From positions 1 to 24,403 of the forward strand of contig JAQGDQ010001816.1 in the NCBI GenBank assembly GCA_030141605.1: a stretch of 24,403 nucleotides of DNA, in the 5' to 3' direction. Positions within the stretch are counted from its first letter, which is position 1. Each line of letters begins with the position of its first letter. The notes under the pieces are model-generated. The model was not told the origin of the DNA. It ran no database searches and saw nothing but the letters and a program-made list of their open reading frames with translations. The position numbers and the translations under genes are program-made. The DNA is from Tubiluchus corallicola. Taxonomy: Eukaryota; Animalia; Priapulida. Below, one piece after another: positions 1-22,462 of the stretch.

Positions 1-285
1 AACCTATACCTTCATTCCAAAGTATAGTATGGTTACCAAACTAGTGTTACATGTCACACCTAAATGTACCAGTAGTTCAAACCTAAGTCTTCTAAATTAT
101 TCTTCTACAAATATTTCGGTTCTTATTGGCTAAATCTTCACACCTTTTTGCTTTCAACCAATCCGGTTTCATTTTGGCTCTATCTCTGACATGTACACTA
201 GTTTGAGGAAGGTTATAAAGGGATGGTGACAACCTGCCGTACTTCGGAGCTGCAGTGGTAATCGGGTTGTGCAGAGTCGGTTCTA
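1..285. repeat. Interspersed repeat copy, left arm of an inverted pair (truncated by window start)
   Basis: Reverse complement of ~835-1120 at roughly 90% identity by eye (aacctataccttcattccaaagtatagtatggttaccaaa vs aacctttatctttattccaaagtatggcatggttaccaaa). Confidence 0.85.
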
Positions 286-299
286 CTTCATTGTTTTAG

Positions 300-10821
<10,522 letters not shown>

Positions 10822-10839
10822 AGGAAGGACTCAAATGAA

Positions 10840-11187
10840 AGTAAAATAATTCGTTGTGTTGGTTGTGTAAAGCTGATTATTGGTGTTTTTAGGGATGGCA
10901 AAACTATGAAGAGTCTGATTATAAAACCTCACGTTTATTGAACATCAAACACAATAAATATAAGAGATAGCAATGCCAAGCTCCTGATCTAGCCTGCTCT
11001 CCTTCAGCTCCAGACTCAATCCCCAGAGCTGGGCGCATCACAAGGCTTATACCTCGTGCGCCGACGCTTCGGTTCTGAATCACTTGATCACGTGACACCA
11101 CACCTTAACTGGGCTTCATGCCAGCATTCATCGGCATAATTATCTATCATAACGCTTTTAACATAGTTTAACAGGTCCTCTTTTACT
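10840..11187 (-). mobile_element. ~350-bp solo-LTR-like element, copy 1 (AGTAAA...TTTACT ends, TSD ATGAA)
   Basis: atgaa|agtaaa ... tttact|atgaa; aligns along its length with 17752-18116 (inverted) and 18604-18947. Confidence 0.88.
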
Positions 11188-12321
11188 ATGAATTAAGCTT
11201 CTCAGTTTCATTACAAAATTAGTAAACAGAATGGCTGCTAATATCATGAAACTCGAAGCATGGCACAATTCATAAAGGCCAGCGATTACTGTACATAATC
11301 GTGAATGGTTTCAAGAATGGTTAAAGCATGTGAACATTCTTAACGCTCACACAGGCAGAAAATGTTTTTAAATTTCCCCCACTAGAACTGAATATTTTAT
11401 AGTCTTTCAGACCACGTGGAAGTTTTGGATAGTTTTAAGCTCTGCGCCGTTCAGATGATAAGCTATATTGACTTGTGAAATAAAAGTAAAGTTGCCTTCT
11501 CCAACAACTTGCCTTCCTTTCTGCTTCTTATACTTCTTCTTCTTCTTTGTTTCCTCCTTTCTTAGATCTTCTTCTTAAAGGTCTCGTGACACTATTTTTT
11601 ATATTATTTTCTCTTATAGCCTAGACGGGATTACATATTTCCTAACTTTTAAAACAGTTCTGATGCTACGCGATATGGCAACTTAAATTGAGCGCCGTAG
11701 ATACTGTAACAAATACGATCGTCTGCCATGACACTCAGTGCCATGACGTCACAAGAGGCAGCACAGTAGACAGTAGCCAGGGAAGCCTGGGTGTCTTTAC
11801 ATTGCATGTAGTACGTTTCTGCCCCCAGCGAACAGAGAAGATTACGAAAGTTCAGTCTACACGAAATTGTCTCTAAAATAAGCCTATGCGACCATAGAGA
11901 GTTGCAAGCGTAAGTCTAAGCTGCTGTGCCATTTAGAATGCCGACAACTTTTAAACAATGGCTGCTATAATAATATGCAGGAATCTGTGAAATTTTGTGG
12001 AAATTTCAACTTCTTATCGACTGCTATTATGATAACAAGCTTAATAGGCCTGTTGAACTAATTTGGTGACATGCAGTTTGCTAATTATTATTCCAACACT
12101 TGTCTTGATTAACCAGTCCTTATGCCAGGGCACAATGTTGATTCTCGAAATTAATGGTATTTATCACTTAAATTATTGTTATTTGACTTTTTGCCGCTTA
12201 ATTTCGGTTTACACATTTTCGGTTTACGAAAATAACACCATCATCGGAGTATTCACTCTGCCTGCGGCGTGCGCACGCATGACACGCTGCGCCATCTAAC
12301 GGCTAACGGATAAAAAAGTAC

Positions 12322-12738
12322 AAGTGCAAAGCTTTTGAGAATAGGAAGATTTCTTTGGAAACAAAAATTAGAATATTTTCAGCCTTAGTTGAAACTGTAT
12401 TTCTGTATAACTCTGAGCTCTGGACATTAAAAGCAAATCATAAAGCTGAAATCGATGCGTTTCAAAGGCGAAATTACAGAAACATTTTGGGCATTAGATG
12501 GCCAAAGAAAATTTCAAACAAAGATCTATATGAAAAAATAAAAGAAGAACCTTGTACAAGAAAAAAAAGACGCCGTTTAAGATGGATTGGGCATATGCTT
12601 AGACTACCTGATGATATTCCAGTGAAGATAGCTCTTCAACAAGCCAAAGAACCAGCTAAAAAACCTGCAGGAGGACAAATGTTAACATATTTAGATTTTA
12701 CACAGAAATATTTCAACACTTCAGCCTCTAATCCTTAG
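12322..12738 (+). mobile_element. RTE-type non-LTR retrotransposon ORF C-terminal fragment
   Basis: KIRIFSALVETVFLYNSELWTL...AFQRRNYRNILGIRWPKKISNKDLY...RRRLRWIGHMLRLP is the post-RT region of RTE-type LINEs; 5'-truncated. Confidence 0.85.
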
Positions 12739-13896
12739 AAATAAATGCGCTGGGGGCATTGCGGCGAGCAGGGAGTCCTGGCATAGGGAGATGAGCAGAA
12801 TCATGTCACTGGACGCATGATTCATTGGATGATGATATGATGATAACGGGTAAAAAGTACAATACGTTCCTCATATCTATGACGATGGCAATAACAATAA
12901 CGCAGGCTATCTTCTGCTTGCCACATTATTATTATCTATGGTCTACCCGTCGCCGTCGAAGCGCTAGCACCACGCATGCGCAATCGATTTTTGTATTAAG
13001 TGAACACTCAGTATATAGTGTTAAGTTCCTTAGTTTACATCTACAAATGGAAAATACTATTAAAATTTAATGTTCATCTGTTTTAGCTGAAAATCAGTGT
13101 ACAGTAATCTCAGATTGAAATCATGAAGGTACCAAAATGCTCGTCGACATCAGTATAATTAAGAATGAAATTAAATTAAACTTCGGAAATTGTGTTAGAC
13201 ATATTGTGTTGTTGCAGATACTTGTATTTTATTATTTTAAATTAATTACATTCGCCGTAATAAGTGTTACGTTTTTTCAATTAACTTTGTAAATGTATAA
13301 TTGTGTAAATGTCTACTGTCCTTAAACCTTTTAGAAGTCTATCTGTAAATTTGTTTTTAATTTATTTTAGCTTATACTTGGCGCGGAGAGTTTTGTTAAA
13401 ATAGTATTTAATAAAGCAATATTTATGAATAAGCAACGCTGTTCTAGCTTATATACGTGCCTTGAATTAGTTCTTTAACACAGATACATAAACAGGTTGT
13501 GTGTTCATGCTGGTGTGCTTTTTAATCTGTTTACTCTTAACTACACTTATGGTGGCTATAAAAATATGATGATCGCCTCTTTATTGCACTGACATTTTCT
13601 TAGTGCATTACAGCCATTTTAAAGTTATACGTATCACCGAGGCCCTCAAACACAGTGCATTTACTTTCTTGCTCTATTGTACTCGATTTTGAGTATTCTA
13701 TTGTCACTTTAATTTTGAGAAACAAAATTTTAAACTAATTTTTCTTGCAAGTACTGCTGAATATTATCATAAATTATCAGTCACTTAGCCATATCATAAT
13801 GTGAATGTAATTTTGTTTATTAATAGAAATAAACACATCGATGGATGCCATTAAGTTGACGATTTTACGGAATATTCACTGTAATACTAAATGTAT

Positions 13897-14122
13897 AAAC
13901 GTATCGCTCCGCTTTCCTTTGGACTACAGCAGGGATAAAAAGAGGGGATTCCTGTTGTCTGGGCAACTCAGGATCTCCATACACCTTGCCCAGGCGTGCA
14001 CCCTGGAGGGGCCACTCCAGTGGTTCAAGGATCGGATTGCTCAGCCACAGTCGACGCTGCAGCTCCATCAGCTCCTGCAGTTTTAACTAAGCCGATTTAT
14101 GGACGGTTTTGATTCGCAAGAA

Positions 14123-14123
<1 letters not shown>
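13897..14123 (+). mobile_element. Non-autonomous RTE-derived fragment (5'UTR-like part joined to the ORF C-terminus)
   Basis: GC-rich island. 14021-14086 reads GSRIGLLSHSRRCSSI..., the RTE C-terminal SRIGLxSHxRxC motif. 13897-14015 resembles RTE 5' UTRs, from recall only. Confidence 0.55.

Positions 14124-14124
<1 letters not shown>

Positions 14125-14184
<60 letters not shown>
14125..14184. repeat. (CT)n microsatellite
   Basis: Read directly. Confidence 0.95.
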
Positions 14185-14187
<3 letters not shown>

Positions 14188-15419
14188 CACACAAATTCTC
14201 CACATGTAAAATTCTCCAGGTGTCAATTCTCAATATTAAATTACGTCTTTTTAACAGTTGTTATTACAATATTTACTGCATGTCATTATAGATGAAATTT
14301 GATAAGACAGTTTCTAATAAAATACGCTGTTGAATAAAAAATGGATTAGCAAAGTGATTTAAATTACCATACGATTAGGGTGGTTCTCCTACTCGTCCTA
14401 CATTTACTAACAATTGTCATCTCTGTAAGAATTATTCAGTCGCGATATTTAAAACGTGGAACAGTATGGAACATAATGAAAAGAACTAGCCTTATGAGGA
14501 GATGTCTTTTCCAAATCACAGTGTCTTCTGATTGTTAATATAGCAATAATATAATGAAGAGCCAGCAATTTAAAAAAAAATGGCACTCTATTGAAATCCA
14601 GCAATTACCTATTCGATATGATTGGTTGGATCATTATGACGATCACGAAAGTTCCTCAATACTTTGTGTATAGAATTAAGTGAAAATACACATTATTATT
14701 TATTTAATAATTGAGATAATGTTGAGCATGACTTTGTTCAGTCGAAACGTTAGTTAATCTGACTGAATAGGTAAATTGTTGGCTTAAATGACCTAAAATT
14801 ACTTGCTATAATAATTATTTTAACTAAATTTACTTGTTATATGTATGTCCAGTTCACCCTTGACTAAAATTAAATGTAAACAACTTGCTGTGCCAAATGT
14901 GCAAGACTAAAAAACTGATGGTATAAAGAGTTTGAAGATACGTACAAAAATGTTATTAAGTTGATGGCTGTGGAAATTAAAATCTGACTGTGACGCACTT
15001 AGTAATTAATAATACTGATGATAATGAAGATGACTAATAATGGTTATTATTATGAAAAGTTACATAGTTTATTTCAATAAAAATCAGCATAAACACATTT
15101 CTCAAAAAAATACTTTACACTGCTTCCAGCAACTTATTTATTCAGGTTAAAATACATTTTACATGATCAACCACGAATGTTTATTGATTGTATATACACA
15201 TACAGTACATGTATATAATTATATTTTAGAGCAGTTTTGTTGTGTGATGTAATTGTTGTTTTTTTTGTTTCTTATGTGGCTTTTATACTGAAATAAATGT
15301 AATTTAATCTAAGCTAATCTAAAACACCACTAAAATTAGCAGATAAATATCAAACAATGAATATCTCAATCTTACCCAGTGACTTCTTGCTAAATAGTTT
15401 AACAACATTACGATCTCTG

Positions 15420-15740
15420 TTACATAAGAATTGGCACGCTTATTATTATAGTCGTCACTTGAAGTGTCGTGTGGTAAATTCCTGAGCTTTTGCTGACAGG
15501 ATATAGCTTCGTGTACCTTCTATGACAAAGTTCGAACTCCTGCTTCTTGTTACAACACGCCCTGTATAAGCTTATAGTTCTTGTGATGTATGGATAGCAT
15601 TCTCTGCATACATCTATACCATGTCTCCCTTCTTGAGTCTTGCGCGTGCATTTAGAGTCCATTCCGTCTGATAATGCTAACAGAGAGCTTGCGACCAGGA
15701 GCGCTACAATGGAAACGTGTCTTGGCAAAGGGGATTCCAT
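15420..15740 (-). CDS. Small six-cysteine secreted, probably GPI-anchored protein (106 aa), paralogue A
   Basis: MESPLPRHVSIVALLVASSLLALSDG (signal-like) + CTRKTQEGRHGIDVCREC...YRACCNKKQEFELC + SKSSG...LQVTTIIISVPILM* (hydrophobic C-terminus). Clearly homologous to 22463-22786. ATG is preceded by acceptor-like ...acag. Confidence 0.8.
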   Translation of the reverse strand: MESPLPRHVSIVALLVASSLLALSDGMDSKCTRKTQEGRHGIDVCRECYPYITRTISLYRACCNKKQEFELCHRRYTKLYPVSKSSGIYHTTLQVTTIIISVPILM

Positions 15741-15873
15741 CTGTATGTGCACAATTCTGTAACCAAAGTAACTTTCTATGTGATTGTTGTACTCAGGACT
15801 CTTTTGAAAAAGTACAAAATTTATGTCACATAGGTTAAACAAGAAAAACGTTTAAGTACAATTTGGCTGCTGC

Positions 15874-16344
15874 AGTAAATTAATTGGTATAGTGGTTGCG
15901 TTAGAGTCTGTTTATTCTTTTGGTTAATGCTGCTTGCTGATTATTGTTGTTTATTGCGTGGCGTGTGAGGTAGCCACGATGGGCATGGCAAACTATCAAG
16001 ACTTTATTTAATAAACTATACATTTATTAAATATCAAACACAACGCGGTAAATATAAGAGGATAGTAATGCCAGCCCTCCGTCTTCAAGTCAGTTCCTAA
16101 TCTCCTCCGAGGTACGGGCCTCAAAACACTTTTGTCTAACTAACTAATGCCCCATGAGCTTCTGCGCATACGGATTACATCATCAATCTTTACTTCTGAG
16201 TCAGCTGATCACGTGATGCCACACCTAACTAGGCTTCTATCCACGACAATAGATTAATCCTGCATCGTCAAGCATTTAATCTTGAATTATTAATTTAATC
16301 ACCAATTTAATCAAAATCACTATTTAACATAGCTTTCCTTTACT
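15874..16344 (-). mobile_element. Diverged, longer relative (~470 bp) of the AGT...ACT element
   Basis: Same agtaaa...tttact ends and shared blocks (gctgattattg, tttattaaatatcaaacacaa, gatagtaatgcca, gatcacgtga, taactaggcttc, tttaacatag). TSD decayed (gctgc/actga). Confidence 0.65.
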
Positions 16345-17286
16345 ACTGAGTATAAGTATTAAGGTCCATTTCACTAGGCCACATTGCTCGTGAGCCATGA
16401 ACCAATCGTTCTACGAGTGGCAGGTGTTCCACACATCAAGTGGTACAGCCGCCATGTGGCGCATGCGTAACAGTGTGGAACATGGCACACGGCAGTACAG
16501 CGCACATGCGTATGAACTACGTGGCACACGTGCCAGCACTTTGCGCATGCGCATGAACTACGTGGCACATAGCATCATGGGAGATATGCGGGTGTAGCCT
16601 AGTGGAGTGGTCCTTATTGAGTAATCATCAGCGTGTATGTGGAACAAGAAGAGAGTAGGGAAAATTCCTGACAAATACAGGCATCCAGAAAAGGTAAAAA
16701 TGTCACTGACTGACCTTCCCAGTGTGCAGTAGTAACTCACGAAAATACGTATTTTTAATTCTATTGACAAAATACAGTAATTTATGTTTTTCCTTAGTCT
16801 ATTTTACAAATTTTACGCAATGCTATGTGACGTTCACTTAGCATCGCGAATGCGCATGCGTTATCCACCCGCGGAATAAAAAATCAATAGGAAATAACTG
16901 CAGAAAAAACGGAAGTCTTTACAAACGGTGAATTGAAAACAATAAAAACCGGTTTATAAACCGGATGCTATATAAGCGCCACTTTATTTAAAGATCTTTA
17001 ATCGATTTGCCATTAAAATGGCTGCGTCTAACGGTCATCGCGTAGTTTTACTGTTCAAGTTTTATATAGTGTTGCTGCTAATACAAGCGCCTTCGTACTG
17101 AGGAAGGCAACATACAGTGAAATTTCAAGACGATTTTTTGGCTTTATATAAATAAAGGGGTTCTTGTCCTTTAAATCTACGCAGATGAAGAAAATCTTAG
17201 CCGAATGCCAAATTTTTTTAAGTTAGCTGCAACGCATCTTCAATTCATAAATGTAGTCTATCTTACTTTAGAATAAAATTGCTTAC

Positions 17287-17407
17287 CTGGAAATAACTGT
17301 ACCTGACGAGATTACCGATTAATGCAGTACTTTAAGAAACAAACATACGTACCTACTCAGACTTTGTAAGCCAGCAGAAGTACCACAAAAACAAAAAAAA
17401 TTTATAC
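17287..17407 (-). promoter_or_regulatory. Candidate TATA box and non-coding first exon of paralogue A
   Basis: Minus-strand TATAAA at 17401-17406 and a consensus donor CAG|GTAAG at 17287/17286, upstream of the acceptor near 15741. Motif evidence only. Confidence 0.3.
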
Positions 17408-17751
17408 AAAATAATTTGAAAACAAGATTTGATATCAGGTAGCTGTACGAGTTACAGAAATAGATTGAACTTTGTTACATTTTAACATTGCTGCGATGAT
17501 TGCTTCATTTCTGGTATCAGTACCGTTACCATTGCCGTATATTACGCGACAACAATAATTGACTTCCTATAGCACATCATGATTCCGTGATATGTAGAGA
17601 AGTGGATCCCTAGCGTCAGCCGAAAATGTTCCAAATTTCAAAATTCCCATTGTCCTTTCAAAAGAAACAATCTGCGACGCAAACAATAAAAACATCCAAT
17701 CATAAACTGTTCAAATAGTTTGCAATAAAGGAGTTTATCATATCTGTCAGA

Positions 17752-18116
17752 AGTAAAGAGGACCTGTTAAAGTGTGTTAAAAGCGTTAGATTATGATAGA
17801 TAATTATGTTGATGAATGCTGGCATGAAGCCAGTTAAGGAGTTGTGTCACGTGAGCAAGTGATTCAGAACCGAAGCGTAGGCGTCGAAGCTCAGCGCACG
17901 ATATATAAGCCCTGTGAGGCACCCAGCTCTGGGGATTGAGTCTGGGAGATGAAGGAGAGCAGGCTAGATCCGGGGGCTTGGCATTACTATCTGTTATATT
18001 TATTGTGTTTGATGTTCAATAAACGTGTAGTTTTATAATCTGACTCTTCATAGTTTTGCCATCCCTAAAACAACAATAATCAGCTTTACACAACCAATAC
18101 AACGAATTATTTTACT
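17752..18116 (+). mobile_element. ~350-bp solo-LTR-like element, copy 2
   Basis: tcaga|agtaaa...tttact|tcaca (TSD with 1 mismatch); TATATAA at 17902-17908 and AATAAA at 18018-18023 in this orientation. Confidence 0.85.
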
Positions 18117-18149
18117 TCACATTTGCCATCAGTAACAACAATTCTAAGT

Positions 18150-18580
18150 TACTTAACGATGCTATCAAAAAAATCACATAATCATACTGAAATCATATAA
18201 ACTGCAAGCCGACATTTTGAGAAAATTATACTACCATTGCATCCTCAGCACTCTTTAATACAACTGCCAGGAATTCCGTTTCGGTCTAATGCAGATGGAA
18301 AAGAAAGATATAGAAAAAATGAGAAAACGAGCTAACAAAAGAATTGGAATAGAACTCGAACCTCCTGCCAAACGTTGTGAATGCATGTGCCTAATATATC
18401 TGAACAAACTGATAAAAAAGACTTTGCGGTACTACCACCCACGAGATCCCATACTACCCCACGAGAACTAATAGGAGAAGAGGAACACAATTTCTCTTTC
18501 CAAAAATGCGCACCGAACGAAACACAAAAAAAACATTTATCTTGGTAACGAGCACTTTATATAACAGAGTAAATCCGATC
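18150..18580 (+). mobile_element. Degenerate 3' fragment of an L2/Rex1-Babar-like LINE
   Basis: Reads ...DILRKLYYHCILSTL*YNC...EKKDIEKMRKRANKRIGIEL... and ...FLFPKMRTERNTKKTFILVTSTLYN, resembling the C-terminus of CR1-group ORF2; contains stops and frameshifts. Confidence 0.55.
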
Positions 18581-18603
18581 CATTAAAATTGCTGTATATA
18601 CTG

Positions 18604-18947
18604 AGTAAGATAATTCGTTGTGTTGGTTGTGTAAAACTGATTATTGGTGTTTTAGAGATGGCTAAACTATGAAGAGTCAGATTATAAAACTACACGTTTA
18701 TTAAACATCAAACACAATAAATATAACAGATAGTAATGCCAAGCCCCCTGATCTAGCTTGCTCTGCTTCAGCACCAGACTCAATCCCCTGAGCTGGGCGC
18801 ATTACTAGGCTTATCTATCGTGCGCTGAGCTTCGACGCAGAAATTCTGAAACACTTGCTCAAAGTGACACCACTCCTTAACTGGGCTTCATGCCAGTATC
18901 TATCATAATCTAACGCTTTTAACATAGTTCAACAGGTCCTCTTTACT
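18604..18947 (-). mobile_element. ~350-bp solo-LTR-like element, copy 3 (TSD TACTG)
   Basis: tactg|agtaag...tttact|tactg, a perfect 5-bp TSD. Confidence 0.88.
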
Positions 18948-19360
18948 TACTGTATAGCAAAAACATACATTCTATTAACAAAACCATATTAAATTTTTTT
19001 ATCATCCGTGACTTATTATGTCTTATGGCAGTACAGTGTTTTTAAAAATATCATAAAATTCTGTAAATTTCATTGTAAATTTTATGTTCTAGTAGCACCT
19101 AAAAAAAGTTATGCTGTTATGAAATCTTACGTGGACTGTTTCCTTAAAGAATAAACTATACCTATCTAAAGATAAAACTGCTAAAGAATACCTTGCTTGC
19201 GCATGACGTCAGAACAGAAAGTAACCTATTCCTGGCGCAGACTGGCAGAGCATTGTCTAGTCTTTCACTGGATTACGTCTGTGTTTACCTGCCTTGAAGG
19301 CAGTGTTCTTTTATTCAAGAATTCTACCTGCCCAATGTCTACAGTAGACGTAATGGGTAT

Positions 19361-19509
<149 letters not shown>

Positions 19510-19773
19510 ATGACTTTGATCTACAATTTGGCAAGTGGGCTTAGAAACTTAGTAACTGATGATACCGACATCAAGGGTAAACAATGTCTCATAATGGGTT
19601 TTTTGTCTGTAATATTACCTACATAGTTAATGGGTGGCTTCTCCCTTGCACTGTTTTGTTGAGCACGCAAATGTAGTAGACCGACAGCTGATATTTTCTC
19701 TCTCTCTTCATACTTGGAAGAGATAAATCAGTTTGCAAAGCGTTTGTTGTGAAACAGGTTAAAGAGATGTAAC

Positions 19774-20060
19774 CAGGGCCTATTTCAGCCTAAGCAAGGC
19801 CCGGGGAAGTGGGGCGTGTGAGGCCCCTTGGGGGGGGGGGCATCATGGTTGGCGCCCAGAAAATTTTTGAACTGCTAGAACGCCGGAGAAGCATTTTCGA
19901 AGAGAAAATATGGAATTATACAGTTGTTAAAGGAAAGAACAATTGAAAGAAAAACTGCTTTATTCTCAAGACCAGTCCTTAATACTTGTCAAATAGTCAT
20001 ATCACTGGAGGGTGACGCCCCGGGGAAGTATCCCCACTTCCCCCCCTGAAATAGGCCCTG
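19774..20060. mobile_element. hAT-family MITE, 287 bp
   Basis: Perfect 15-bp TIR CAGGGCCTATTTCAG/CTGAAATAGGCCCTG; perfect 8-bp TSD GATGTAAC at 19766-19773 and 20061-20068. Confidence 0.92.
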
Positions 20061-20646
20061 GATGTAACCGATCTCATTTGGTCAATAATCTATCAGTAAT
20101 TGCTTTGAGTAGTTATGCCAGCAGCATTTGTGTTTATTATGTAATTATATTAATAATGTTAATATATTATATTATTATAACTTTATTATTAATTCATATA
20201 TAGATTATAACACCAGTGCAAAGCTTTTGGAGAATAAGGATTTTTAACAAACCACAGACAAAGCAAAGTTCAAATAGAACTCTTTGTAATAATGAAAGTA
20301 TTTATGTCGATGTCCAAACGTGAAATTCAGTGATGTCACGTAAGAATTTAGGAAGTGCCGTGTGGCGCAAATCTGTAAGTAATGGTTTGTTTCGTCATAA
20401 AACTGCGTATCGTAGCAACAGCATCGTATAGTGCAGGGAAAAGACAAGCCGTCTTCTATGCCGCGCTGTGGAGTGTGGTATCGTAGAGGCTGCAACGAAC
20501 AGGGACAGATCGCTTTCACAGGAACATCAAGGGTAACCGGAACGCGAAAGAAGGATCACCTTCTGTCTAAACGAAACCCGGGGGGAAGAGAGTAAATATA
20601 TGTTTTTTTTTCAGTTTGAACTTATTAGTGGTTACACAGTAACGCA

Positions 20647-20760
20647 CGAGCCGCGGTTTGAATCAGAGTGGCTCGCTGAGGCTCTCCCGAGTATGCTTCC
20701 TGGGAATTAGCTGTTACCGTATGGATTCGATCCTCGTCCGGGATGATTATATTCGCCGTA
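20647..20760 (+). mobile_element. Possible tRNA-derived SINE head (mirrored at ~23835-23948)
   Basis: GC-rich segment with B-box-like GGATTCGATCC; no full cloverleaf could be folded. Confidence 0.3.
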
Positions 20761-20849
20761 TTGACTGTGACCTTTCATTTTCTAGTGGGAAGGTTTATAC
20801 ATTCGAACATGGCGTCGGATGGAAGACATAGAGGCTGAGGGGGACGGGG

Positions 20850-21322
<473 letters not shown>

Positions 21323-21442
21323 CAGAGATTATGATTACGTGAATATGCTATTGCCAACGGCTATTTCACATATTAAGTTAACGAACTATTATATTGACTG
21401 CTTTTTGTTTAAGTTCGTCATATTCTACACAGATAACAGAAA

Positions 21443-21857
21443 ATGGTAAAATTCTGTTCTGCCACCTTTGTCCTTGTTCTGATGATACTGTCAACTACGG
21501 ATGGCTGTCCAAAGAAAAAACCGCCGAAGCCGACGCCGAAGCCGATGCCTACTACTACTCGGGACACCGTATAGACACTTTGGTGGACATTCATATTGGA
21601 CTTTTCCGGGGAGGTATGCGATAAAAGTGTGTGAGAGGTGCGCCCGCTCTCTGGCACAAAATAACGGCAAAAATGGTAAGATAATATACAGAGCGTGTTG
21701 CAACAATTATGAGGTCAAGTCGTTCAATTGGTGTATCCACCATTACAAGCAAACTGGTGCAGCGACCGATGCAGCTGGACCCAATCCATCAGCAGCGCCA
21801 CTACTGTCGCTGTTGCTGTTTGGCTTTGCAGTTATGAGAGTGAAACATTGCTACTAA
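21443..21857 (+). pseudogene. Six-cysteine family paralogue B, frameshifted (only 43 aa from ATG 21443 to TAG 21574)
   Basis: Relative to the right-arm copy it lacks 4 nt (ccct) near 21565 and 16 nt (gttgtacaaaaaagac, including the first core Cys) near 21601. The downstream core and hydrophobic tail remain open in another frame to TAA 21857. Confidence 0.85.
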
Positions 21858-22462
21858 GGTGGTGAAAGTACATCAATCTCTTAATGTGCAAAAATGATTT
21901 TTTAAGTTTCACAACTGATTTATTAATATTCAACAATAAGCAACAAATTCCATTTTGACGTTCCATACGTTATTAAATGGGCAGAAATAATCAGCTCTTG
22001 TTATTACATTTAGCAGAAGCAACCCATCTTGCATCAGTAAAAAGCAATGATGTTCTATATTCTACGTAGTACAGTCAACATCAACATATACATGAACTAC
22101 TCAAATAAAATTAATTAAAGTTGACAGATAAAACGAGGACGAAAACGAGACAAACAAAACCAAGATAATAGTATTTTATTTAAAAAAATATCAAAAAATA
22201 TCACAGATAAGGGAGCTAAATGATGGGCATAAAACAGGTTTCTTTCAGAAATATAAAACAATTTCCAAATCATTGATTTCATTGTACAAAGTAGAACTCT
22301 TGTGTGTAGAGCATAGAAACATGTAAAAGAGATGGATGTACTTTCACCACCTTAGTAGCAATGTTTCACTCTCATAACTGCAAAGCCAAACAGCAACAGC
22401 GACAGTAGTGGCGCTGCTGATGGATTGGGTCCAGCTGCATCGGTCGCTGCACCAGTTTGCTT

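Noticed and set aside
13921-13950. Twister-ribozyme-like GGATAAAAAGAGGGG in the RTE-like fragment
   Set aside because: The upstream conserved core and pairings could not be found.
15741-15842. 34-aa N-terminal extension of the 140-aa track ORF
   Set aside because: It starts at a non-ATG codon and contains acceptor-like sequence; ATG 15740 directly precedes a signal peptide.
20647-20760. tRNA gene
   Set aside because: Only a B-box-like motif is present and no cloverleaf forms; at most a SINE head.
21501-21857. 118-aa ORF MAVQRKNRRSRRRSR... as the true product
   Set aside because: Its N-terminus is an off-frame reading of the signal/stalk region that joins the family core only because of the 20 nt deleted in this copy; it has no signal peptide and lacks the first core Cys.
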